From contig JAUCBJ010006581.1 in assembly GCA_032718475.1 (NCBI GenBank), positions 1-49,817 on the forward strand: a stretch of DNA of 49,817 nucleotides, given 5' to 3'. Under the pieces are notes generated by a model. That model searched no databases. It was given only the letters and a program-made list of their open reading frames with translations, and was not told the origin of the DNA. A program made the translations under genes and the position numbers. The stretch's first letter is position 1. Every line of letters starts with the position of its first letter. This stretch comes from Nemertoderma westbladi (Eukaryota > Animalia > Xenacoelomorpha). Below, one piece after another: positions 10,257 to 20,925 of the stretch.

Positions 10257-10889
10257 TCAATCTGATACTGTTTTTATATGTTCCTTATTGTAATCTGCTA
10301 CCTCTTCACTTGCTTTTGTAACTTTTATTTTCTTTGTAGGTATAGAATCATTGTTGGGAATGGAAGATGTTTGAGATGTAGATCTGCACTTTCTATCACT
10401 CGAGGTCTCTTCGATGTATGTCTTTGGATTAAATGTGGATGAAACTACTTCTGGAAATGACTTATTAACCTTAAACTTCCAAGTTGGTGGATATAGAATC
10501 GTGAAACCGTCTGCTATATCAGTTGATGAAACCTTTAACATCATATCGTAGAGAAACTCTATATATGGTATGTCTTTATCATAATGTAACTGTAAATATT
10601 TGCTTTCCTTGTCTGTAATAATTACTTTTTTTTCTTGTACATTTATTTTTACTTTAAGTCGGTCAGATAAAGCTTTATCGTCCGTATCTAGCTCTGAAAA
10701 GACACCTTCGTTACTAATTTCATAATTCCATTCATACCACAATGAATTTACTTCCGATGCTGTTAAGTTAAACCCATTATAATACCTAAGACCAATAGCA
10801 TCAGAATATCTAGCTGAAATCTCCCATAGTCCCATATAAGTCGCTCCATTATATTTGCTTACAAAACCAACAAAAGTAACAACAACATG
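10257..10889 (-). CDS. Viral protein with a possible PC4-like (whirly-fold ssDNA-binding/coactivator) motif; 5' part probably frameshifted
   Basis: The frame is open 18 codons upstream of the Met at 10835, giving FVSKYNGATYMGLWE...NGFNLTASEVNSL, which resembles PC4 VS.FKG..YIDIRE...KGI.LT.EQW..L. Another open frame runs from about 11170 to 10850. Confidence 0.4.
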   Translation of the reverse strand, partial: HVVVTFVGFVSKYNGATYMGLWEISARYSDAIGLRYYNGFNLTASEVNSLWYEWNYEISNEGVFSELDTDDKALSDRLKVKINVQEKKVIITDKESKYLQLHYDKDIPYIEFLYDMMLKVSSTDIADGFTILYPPTWKFKVNKSFPEVVSSTFNPKTYIEETSSDRKCRSTSQTSSIPNNDSIPTKKIKVTKASEEVADYNKEHIKTVSD

Positions 10890-12775
10890 TTAAATTAACA
10901 ACAGAACACTGATTTATTATTTCGAGTGGTGGTGATAACAATTCTAATATTTCTGTCTTACTCTGAAGCAATAAATTAATGAGTGATTTGTTTAGAATTT
11001 GACATTTGCCTTGCTTCTGAATATATACATTTTCAGTAATAACACAGGTGGAAATATTTAACTTTCCTCTTGTAAATTCTATATTAGGATAAATATTACC
11101 TCTTGAAAATGGTGATTCCTTTTGTCGGTTGATTAATATTTCTAAGACTAATATTTCTGCAGCAGTACTGGTGCCGGTTCCGGTACAAAAATACAGAAAT
11201 GTCTGCTTTATACCTACCTACATCTGTACATACAATACAGCAAAATAGTGCTATATATACTAATACTGGTACTGATAGCCTGAGAGAACAGCAGTAGAGA
11301 AACCGGTAGCATGGAAACCTAACATTCGATTTTTGGAGGACATAAAAAATAAAAAAAAAAAGGACAAAAAAAGGATTTAAACGGACAATAAAAATTATTG
11401 CGATTAAATACACATTGAAGTAAGTGCTTTGCTTCAAGGGTAGCTAATCAATCTTCTTGCCTAAAACATTAGCTTGAGTGTATGAGGTTCAAAATTTTAT
11501 ATTTTTTATGTTGTGATCAGGCTACTGAATAATTTGAATCATCAGAATGAGTTAAACAAAATGTCTAAACATAATACCATCCTTTGAGTTTATGCTCATC
11601 TGGTCAGAGATTTAAACGATCAAAAAAGCATATAAAAATATGTAATTTAAGATGCACAAATTTATACGTGCATTAACATAAATTAATATTTAATTTACAG
11701 CACACACAACAGAGCAATAGGGCACAATGCTGGAAAAGTGTTATCTTGTAGCAATATGAGGCTTTCACTAATGCCCTAATAATATATCAGATTACAGTTT
11801 AATTTAGGTGAGAAATCAGTTGAACTTTGGTTCAATTTTCTCCTGAAGAAGTTTTCATTTTGATTACATTTCACCATATCAGAACGCTTTTCTCTCATTT
11901 CAATAGTAAATTTGAAAAAAAATAAAAGATTTGACATAATAGTTAATTAAGTTAAGAAAAAGTGAATAAAGTAAAAAATTGGTGGTCCTTTTTTAAGTAA
12001 AATATAAATCCTTTCCTAACCTTCATCTTTAATTCATCCATTGGTACGTAACTGTCAGGGTCAGTGAATGGTACGTAACTGTCAGGGTCAGTGAATGTGT
12101 TCTAATAGATATCCCCTGTCCAACCAGCTACCCCATAGATTCCGTTTAGATATCTCCTGTTCAAACAGCTACCCCATAGATGCCGTTTAGGTTATAGAAG
12201 GCACACCACCGATACTACCAATCTCCTTTATGGATTTATGCCTTTGTGGCACAGATTCCAAGGGACCAATCGTTATCTCTATTGTATGAGAGATAGGGGA
12301 TCCATTGAGGTAGACACTCTTACCAGGACTCCATTATTAAGTCCAGGACAAGTATTAAGTCACCAGCAGTACTGTTGAATCCAGATATATCTAGAGTGTA
12401 ACTAGTGGTAAAATTCCCATAATGGGGCTAAAGCTGTGGACGCCACACCCTCAGCATGCAGTGAATTTATTTAGTTTATATTTAGAAGAAAGCCATCAAA
12501 AAGCAAGCATGGTTCCGTCCTCGACCCGGATAACATAGTCCACCTCCCATTCTGATGGCATGGCCATAGCCATGCCACAGGGGAACCATATAACCATCCA
12601 ACAATCATCTGATTGGTGGTCACACACATAGAATCGAACATTGGGTCCACAGATAGTCTCCTCCAATGCACCAACCTAGGGAGGATTTCTGCCCATAACA
12701 CAAGTCACATTATTCAGAGTATTCCCATATCATCACCTTCAAATTGTCAATACCAAACTGAGCTGAGAAGTAAAA

Positions 12776-13620
12776 GTGTCTGAGTCTGTACTCCCAGATA
12801 TTCCCATTGGCGATATCTCCTTTGCAGAAGTGAAGGCTGCTGCAAAGAGCATTAAGACCAATCGTGCCAGTGGAGTAGATGGTGTTCCCCCTGAGGTCTT
12901 TAAAATACCTGAGTGTTTAAAGCTCATCTATCCCATCATAGTAGACATGTACCGTACAACAAGAGTCCCACAAGAAATGAAAACAAATAAGTTGGTGCCA
13001 GTTCCCAATAAGGGCAACCTAACACTCTATGGTTCTTTTCGGGGAATCTCATTGATCTCGATTGCTGCAAAACTATACAATAGAATTCTATTAAATCGCA
13101 TCAGGGATCCCATTGAGAGACTGCTACGTGGAAATCAGAATGGGTTCCGTAAAGGTCGTGGGACCATGGAGCCCATTTTGGCACTTAGAAGGATAATTGA
13201 AGAGTTATCAAAAAAGAAAGACAGGCATCTGGCTGTTATCTTTGTTGACTTCTTCAAGGCCTTTGATTCAGTCTCTCGCTCACGTATGTTCAGCATACTT
13301 TCATTATATGGGATTCCTGATGAAATTATTGCAGCAATCAGATCAGTATACGATGGTTCGACAACATTTGTGTCTACTGTTGACGGTGACACAGAACCAT
13401 TTGAAGTGTTATGGGGCGTCCTCCAAGGAGACACACTTGCACCATTCTTGTTCATTATTGTGGTTGACTATGTTCTACGCATGTCCTTAGATCATCATAA
13501 TGATGATGGGGTGATGATAACTCCACCTACTGGCTCCAGAAGTCGAGGAAATCCTGCCAAGTACCTAACTGATCTAGACTTTGCTGATGACTTAGGAGTA
13601 CTCTCAGAATCGTCAATATT
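12776..13620 (+). pseudogene. Non-LTR retrotransposon reverse transcriptase fragment (RTE/RTE-X-like)
   Basis: ASGVDG, FRGISL, QNGFRKGR, FVDFFKAFDS, GVLQGDTLAPFLF and LDFADD. Truncated just after the FADD motif, with no endonuclease domain. Confidence 0.9.
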
Positions 13621-13646
13621 AGTAAAATTATAATTACAATCTGCTT

Positions 13647-13908
13647 AATTTTCAGGCAATAATGGTTCATCATCTTCATTTCTCGTTTTTGAAAAAATAT
13701 CGTCATCATCGTTTGAAATGTCGCTAAATGGGAATATACTTATGTAACAATATATGCAAAATAAACTAGCGTTGTAGGATATGTCTGCACATGTTCCACA
13801 TTGAAAATGGTAGTCACATTTACAAATAGAGCATGTAATTTTTTTATCTTATTTTTGAAATGGTGCAAAACAAAAGTCGCAAGATGCAGGTCTGTCATTG
13901 AATGGCAT
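13647..13908 (-). pseudogene. PHD-finger N-terminus of LINE ORF2 with an in-frame stop
   Basis: Manual translation gives MPFNDRPASCDFC...K*DKKITCSICKCDYHFQC...LFCIYCYISIFPFSDI: a C4HC3 pattern followed by FPF, as at the start of many invertebrate CR1 ORF2s. Confidence 0.7.
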
Positions 13909-14612
13909 TAGATAATAATAAAGTAGAGCAAAAAGGTGGAGCGGCAAATAAAAGTCCGTTAACAGTACAATTTAGCACGGAAAAAGAAAATATATAGACA
14001 GGTAGGCCACTATATATAGCACGTTGTTAACAATTCACTGGCAGAAATAAACAGTAATATAAATTTAAGCTTAATATTATAAGTATGGGGGAGGTCTATT
14101 ATAAAATGAATTATTTTAATCTATTTTTAAATATTTAATATATGCTTAGTATATGTATTACTAAATATCAGTATATAAACAAGATCCTCTGAGTCATAAA
14201 AATTTCTAAAAAAATATATACTCAGTTCAAGGTCTACATTTCTATTCAAAATCAATATCTTAGATCACTGGTGAATATTGCAACATATACAGTAAATTTA
14301 AAAAAAGAGAAAGAAAATTAATATTTTCATTCAAAATCTCAAGTCACTTGGATGTACATTTCCGTTCAAAATCAATATCTCAGATCACTGGCGAATATTG
14401 CAACGTATACAATAAAAAAAAAAAAAAAAAAAACCCATATTTTCATTCAAAGCATCGGGTCATTTGAATGTAACAACATTCATAATAATAGAAGCTCTGA
14501 TCTTTGACAGGTGGTATGGAGTCCCAATTGCTTGACAGCATTACCAGTGTCTGTATATGTAACTCTAGAATTAGTAGATATATTTGGTAAATTTTATCCT
14601 GACTGACTATGT

Positions 14613-15362
14613 CTATTTCTTAAGAAGTGATTTTATATCTCCAGCGGAAGTTATGGTAAAAACTTTACCCGTCGCAGAAACCTTGGCCAAGATCGCCCCG
14701 TTATAACTGAAAGCAGAGTGTAGATCCTTGGATTTCTTTAGAGAAACGAGTTCGTGTAGTAGATAGGCTCGGTGGGCAGTTAGGTGCTCCGAAACGTGTA
14801 TCCGGGGGACAGATGAAGTAACGCTGGATTGTGATTTCGATTTTAGGACTTCGAGGCGTTTTCGTTGGGATATGAAGCGGATAATTATAGGGCGTGGGTT
14901 TATAGGGTTGACAGAATCCGGTTTTTTCTTTCCGATGCGGTGCATGACATCAATATCGGAGGTCGATATATTGAATATTTTGAGGAGGTTGTCCTCCACC
15001 GACTTATTTCCTTCAGGAATACCATAAAACAACAGGTTATACCTTCTTAAGTATTGCTCGAGATTATCTACGTCGACTTTATAGGCAGCATCTGTTCCCA
15101 ATGTGTCTATTTGAATCTGTATCATATCAGTACGCTTTTCTATCGCGGAGATCTGGACCATGTTAGGGATAGTGGATTTAATTAGGGATTGCTCCGCACG
15201 TAGCAGTTTAACTTCGTTGCGAAGCTCTTTAACCTCTTCCGATAGGGATTTAATTGCGCTCATGATGTCACTGTTTCGTTCAGAAGAAGAGTCGCTGGAT
15301 CGAGAACTGACAGTGGACTTATTAGATTTTTCCTTGTGTTTCTGTGGTTTAGGCGGAGACAT
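14613..15362 (-). CDS. LINE ORF1p (coiled coil + RRM + CTD, L1/CR1-type)
   Basis: Heptad region followed by LEQYLRRYNLLFYGIPE, IDVMHRIG, RPIIIRF, VSEHLT and FSYNGAI. Confidence 0.88.
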   Translation of the reverse strand: MSPPKPQKHKEKSNKSTVSSRSSDSSSERNSDIMSAIKSLSEEVKELRNEVKLLRAEQSLIKSTIPNMVQISAIEKRTDMIQIQIDTLGTDAAYKVDVDNLEQYLRRYNLLFYGIPEGNKSVEDNLLKIFNISTSDIDVMHRIGKKKPDSVNPINPRPIIIRFISQRKRLEVLKSKSQSSVTSSVPRIHVSEHLTAHRAYLLHELVSLKKSKDLHSAFSYNGAILAKVSATGKVFTITSAGDIKSLLKK

Positions 15363-15870
15363 AATGATGCAGTTGGGACAGGTAATTGAGTCTGCCAGTT
15401 GAAAAAAAAAACAGGATTAGGGCCTAGCTAAACCTAATATTCTGCCATTACGGTACAGTGTACTGTTGGAATTTAGTATCAGTTGGTGCGAATACGCCCA
15501 AACTACAGAGAAGTATTTTACTTGCCAAGTTTTAGTAAGGTTCTGTTTACTCACTCACACTATCACAGACAGTAATCAAACATCAACTGTTTATAATGTA
15601 ATACCCCGTCAGCTGAATATCTCTTCCCAGTGAATCCTATGGGAATATCTATAAGGTTTCTCACTGCTGTGTTAGGTGGTAGGCCAGCTGATTGAATTAT
15701 AAGCACAGTGTCCTTCAAATTTTTTATAGGTTAATAATAATAATGAGTGGGGAGGGACCCAGCTACACTACGTTTGTCTATGGACGGTCTTCTTATAGCC
15801 AGCTTGCTGGCTTTTCTAGTTAATTAATTAATTAATAGGGCTGCTGTTACGGTATATGGCGCTGTATCCA

Positions 15871-15968
15871 CAGTATTAGTCCATTATGCAGTATGCAGTA
15901 TTAGTCCATTATGCAGTATGCAGTATTAGTCCGTTATACTGTACGTAATATTAGTCCGTTGTGCAGTA
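15871..15968. repeat. Short tandem repeat, about 25-bp unit (AGTATTAGTCCATTATGCAGTATGC), about 4 copies
   Basis: Directly visible. Confidence 0.8.
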
Positions 15969-16823
15969 TAATTATTTAGATAAGGCGCAGTGTGGTGACA
16001 TTTAGGTAAGGAAGTTAAAACGCCCATATATTTTGCATCCATTCATTTTGTATAGTATGTAGCCCTACCTACGTAATTTTGTATTAGGATATATGTAGAT
16101 AGTTCCAGGGTAGCGAGTTTACTCGGACCCTGGATTTTGTGCTTGCTGATATTAGTTTGATAGGGCTAGCATATAGGGACGCTGTCCTGGCCATTCAGCA
16201 GCCAGAGACGTGATCCATTACCATATATGGTAATAATTTGAGGGCATAGGGCTACAATCCGGTCTCCTTATTGGATTAACTGCTTCCAGGTTGGTTTAAT
16301 GCTAGCATGGACTGGAGAGCCAATGGGAGAGCGATTGAGTCACCTTATTGCATCACCCCATCGGGATCACCTATAAATTGGCGGTGTGCCGGTGGGGCCT
16401 TTTGTTGTTCATATGTTCATGCCTTATCACATGACACACCCCTGTTACAATTTACTTGCTGAGCTGTCTCTAATTTTGTATTAGGATATCGTATTTTCTG
16501 CAATTTGCTAATTTTGATTAATTTCTTGGAATGATTTGCTAGTACGATTACTTTGCTTGTGTTTCTCAATAATTCCTTCGATTACTGCAAATTACAATCG
16601 AACTATGATTTCTACCTTTGATTGATGGTTCTATGTGATTCTTTTCTGCACAATAATCCCAAGGGATTCCTGAGACTGTCAGACTTTGTGATTTGCATGC
16701 GCCGCTACGGTAGCTATTAGTATCATGGAGGGCTAAGGTGCCAGTGGGTGGTGGGCGCATTGGGGGGTTGAGCGACTAGGAGAGAGCGGAGGATTCAAAG
16801 CGGGCAACGCTGGCCAGGGTCAC

Positions 16824-17183
16824 TGTTAGCGCTACAATTCAATTTTGCAAATAATGAGCCTAAACTTACGACCAGCTGTATATACAAGAAATGGGCGCTA
16901 GTAACCGTTACTTGTACTCGTAGAATAATTTATTGTTGCATATAAAACTGGCGTTACTATAAACAGATTTGAAACCCCGTATAAATAGTTCCTTTAAGTT
17001 GTGTGTCTGGACTGCTTACGTCTTTATGTCTAACTGAAAACTGTATTCATTCGAGACTTATGGAAGTCGGATTTATGAAACTGACAATCCGAGATACCGA
17101 TGTCACAGGAATTAATTTTGTGCACGTATTAAAATATGTTAGTTTGCTATTAATATTAGGCGTCATATTACAATACTGTAACA
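16824..17183 (-). repeat. Candidate 3' LTR (360 bp) of the BEL/Pao element
   Basis: TGTTA...TAACA terminal inverted 5-mers, AATAAA on - at 16929-16934, TATA-like TATTTATA near 16985, and a short G-rich tract (GGGGTGTG) just 5' on -. No second copy exists in the window to confirm it. Confidence 0.4.
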
Positions 17184-17765
17184 CACACCCCAATGCGATG
17201 AGTTGCAATACCGTACAGTCTATAGACCACCAACCTCAATGTTATTGTGCTACCAACGTTAATCAACAACGGAATGACTTGAATCCATTCTCTTTATCTT
17301 TATCGATAACATAATAATAACATAAATCGCAATAATTCAAATGATATAACAAATTAATTAATAGACAAACAATAAATCGACATAATACGAATCAATATCA
17401 CAAATTGACATCGGCAATATCACGAATTGACGTGAATATTCCGACCCACAAATCTACTAACAGCTAGTGAGCTATTAACTAATAAATCTTCAATAGTTAG
17501 GCTAACCAACTGATACAATGCTATACTATATATACTATATAGGCTGGGGCTGGTAAGCTGAATGCAAATGGGTATTAGCCAATCAGAGCTATTCTGCATG
17601 GCCCTTGCCGTATAACATAATAATTCCCTGGCAGAAGTAAATTAACAATATGGGGCGAGCCTGCAAGGTAAATGCCATACACTAGTGGCATTAACACCGT
17701 TCCCGAGAGTTGAGGCTAAGTACATACTACAACTTGTGAAACAAGTTCTGCTTAATAAACAAAGT

Positions 17766-19100
17766 TTACAAATTTAACAAGTTCTTGTTAAATAAACAGA
17801 ATTTACAATTCGGAAGACTCAATTCTCCTAATCTCCGCAGCAGGCTCAATCTACCTTGTTTAACCTTCCTTCTTGACCTTTTCGACTTTAATCTGCCAAC
17901 TTCGCCCTTGGTAATCATATCGAGGGTGTTTGGGTAATGGGTAAGTGACTCCACCAAGGTGTCATCTGGGAATGGGCGCAGTTCTAGAACGTCAGCAACA
18001 AGAACCTTACCAGCATATGCGCGGATAGAGGTGTTCAGCTGTTCGTTACCCGTCTGAAGTTAACGGTGCTGTCTCGCAGTAGACCGCTTCAGTAATTTCC
18101 CATACCCAATATTGGTATCTCGTCTCGGTTTTATCGGAGGTAAGTCCAACACATGTATTAATACGGCTGTGTCGGGACTGCGAATGGTTTAGTTGTTGTC
18201 ATGAACTGCTTAGGTTCATTGGAAATTAGATACATGGTCCCGATGTCGATTTGTTTTAACCTTGTGGCACTCCGTCTCCCTCAACTCGGGATGATTTCTC
18301 GAAGAAGGAATCGCCATCTTTGGGACCTTGTTGAATTACTTTGACGATACTGTAGGACTCATTATCATCAGGAATTGTACCATGGAGGTAATTTCGTTCG
18401 AAACAGGTGTCCATACGGTCAATGACCCTATGTTATAACTCTATGTCGGGCGACCAAATTCTTTGTTGTTCGTACAGAGTCTGCTGTGTCCACCAGACTG
18501 GTAGTCAGCTCAATTTCCATGGTTTGGTTGAGCTGTTCCAACAACGCTAGAATCTCGATACATGACGTCATTCGACTCATATATGCAGTAGTCGAAAGGA
18601 TCGAGAATTTCTGATTGACTTCAGATATATTGGAGACAACTGTTCCACGGATGATGTCTCGAGTCAGTTAGAGTCTATTCATTAGATCGTGACAGTCGCC
18701 ACATACATAATGGGCAGCGGTTGACGTGGAGGGGAATACTCGCTGATCTCGGGGAACTCACTTGACTGTACTCTCTAGTCAAAAGGGTCCAAATATGATA
18801 AAGGATTCGGTGATCAAGGATTGCGATTCTTGGTTCGCTCGTCAAAGAGAGTTCAAACATCTCGGTTTGTGTAAGGTAATTCGGGAAACTACAATAGTTG
18901 AACTCCCATCTGAGTTGCTCATCCATCATTTATGGCTCAGCATATCGAGATAGGGGTTGTTCGTCGGTGATCCAATTGAGAGACCATCCAATAATTCCTT
19001 TATAGCCCGAATATATCGCTCCCTTAATTCGTGATCATCTTCAATTAAATCCATTGTTCGATATATATGATCCAAAGATATCAAGAGTTATAAGTGCTTG
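17766..19100 (-). pseudogene. Decayed coding-like sequence of unknown product in the 3' region of the BEL element
   Basis: Higher GC than the flanks, with successive protein-like open stretches in shifting frames (MDLIEDDHELRERYIRAIKELL; MMDEQLRWEFNY...; RDIIRGTVVSNISEV...; RLKSKRSRRKVK). Confidence 0.35.
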
Positions 19101-19896
19101 TCGAAATTGAGGTTAGCGGACGTCGCCACCTCTTCCCTTTCACCCGCAGTATGGTTTGAGTTTCTCGGGCAGTTTATTGTTTTGTTCCGCACCTTCGGAT
19201 ATAACTACCGACCCGGTGGCGGACAATAAACTTAAGCCGAGTCCCTCAAAACCATCCAGAGCTGCGGGCCGCTATTGATCATTGCCGGCAAGTCACAAAA
19301 TATTGAGGCAAAAGCTTTAACTTTACTCGTGAGATATAAACTGCCAATAGATACTGCAACTCGCTACTGTAACACACATAGATTAGCGGAGATCAATTGT
19401 TTATTACACGGTGCGACACAAATACAAAGGTTCCGTTGATTTGGTGTTTTCCACGATGCCGCTGATTAAATTTCATAGCTAGTTACTAATTGTATACATA
19501 TTATTATCCCATTATTTGTTGTTTGACAAAAATGGAACAATAATTATGCTTTAACTTTCGAATTAATCAACTATAACTGCGGCATCTAGGAGAACGAGAA
19601 TAGTTAGAGTAGTTCTCATGCATTCAAATAGAGGTAATGTCATATAACAGATTTATATCTTATTTATCATCTGTGACATCGGTTAAATAACGTGACATGA
19701 AATATTAATATATTTCTGTCTGATTGAAATAATTTATTTTGTTCCTTCTATTTGAAAATTTTGCAATTTAACATTTATATTAGATATAAAGACGTTAGCA
19801 ATTGACGTTATTGCGCACACAAATACATCTGGTTAATTCAGGGATGACTTGTGGCTTTAAATGGTCAAAATGACAACAGTATTTGACTGTTGTGAA

Positions 19897-20682
19897 GACT
19901 TCCCTCGTTGCACACAGGTTGAATATAAATATATCTATCCGTGAATTAATGTACAAGGAGGCCAAATTGGTTATTTTATTGGGCTGATTTTGCAATCCGT
20001 TCCCATAATTATTTAATATTTTATTTATAATACGACGTTAACAACTGATGCTTATTATGATGTGCAAGTACATCGGATAGGTTCAACGATGCCTTGGGAC
20101 ATCCAAACATTCAGTTTGTCAAAGGTATAAACAATATATTTATTCATATTGTTATGTGGGGACTTCTCTTATTGTACACCGGCGAACATTAAGCCATTTA
20201 TAACATAAGTTATTGTACAATAAGACCAAATGGGATATATAGATATATAGTATGTTTAGGCTAGCGGGCGTTGCTGCCTACCTCTCGTTGCCCCCGGACA
20301 GTGGGATTCTCAGCGCCGATGTACCGTCGTCGCGGTGTTTACGCCAACATGTAGCAACAGCACGACAACGATAACCGGCACAAGTCACTCCACTATCCGT
20401 CCCAAAGGCTTGAATCCACTTTAGGTTCCTTCTATAGGAGTGTTGGGCTACTTTTACAATTGCGACTAGCTACTGTAAACATACTTTAGCAGTAACATTC
20501 ACCTATAAATGCACAAGGGGTTACACGGGGTGTTGAACAAAATTTTTACTCAGCAGTGGGAGTTTATTCCGTTCCCGTGATTTGTCATATTTTATTGACG
20601 TGCTATGGGACTTCTTTTACTGTACACTTTCAGAGAATAAGCCTATTATAGACTCGTAGATTAATGTACAATAAAGCCAAAT
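19897..20682 (-). other. Three copies of a 71-74 nt stem-loop motif (19897-19967, 20161-20231, 20609-20682)
   Basis: Each copy reads on - as ATTTGG-[11-12 bp stem]-inner region-[stem]-GAAGTC, with compensatory stem changes. Confidence 0.65.
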
Positions 20683-20925
20683 TTATTTTGTGTCACTATT
20701 ATGTAGCCTAAATATTTACATTATATTCTTACAGGTACAGCGTACATACATGATATTCTTAGAGCGTACATACAGTATATTCTTACAGCGTAAATAAGCT
20801 AAACTTTAAGAATCTGCACTCTTTAAATTTTTTTTTAAAAAATTTTGCTATGTTAATCCGAATTTACAATAACCCGTTCCCACGATTTGATGGAATGTTA
20901 TCATCACAATCGTATCCAATGTTTA

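Larger units (their letters stand above)
1..11200. mobile_element. Endogenous Polinton/Maverick-like (adintovirus-like) element, partial; it continues left of the window and the right boundary is approximate
   Basis: Compact, intron-poor cluster of minor capsid, core protein, major capsid and cysteine protease on +, convergent with a protein-primed PolB on -. No integrase, packaging ATPase or terminal inverted repeat is visible in the window. Confidence 0.93.
13620..15420 (-). mobile_element. 5' portion of a CR1/L2-group LINE (ORF1, repetitive spacer, start of ORF2)
   Basis: Intact ORF1, a spacer with a duplicated unit of about 125 bp (14220-14470), then a PHD-finger ORF2 start. Truncated where it meets the RTE fragment. 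Confidence 0.75.

Noticed and set aside
11096-11437. 113-aa hydrophobic ORF
   Set aside because: Non-ATG start, and the hydrophobicity comes from poly-A/T tracts; no motif.
11160-12500. Right terminal inverted repeat of the Polinton
   Set aside because: No (AGT)n or (AG)n terminus was found, and the other end is outside the window.
15845-16449. Possible solo LTR (TGTTAC...GTTACA)
   Set aside because: The termini are imperfect, there is no TSD and there is no second copy.
20265-20330. HDV-like ribozyme in the GC-rich patch
   Set aside because: I could not build the nested double pseudoknot.
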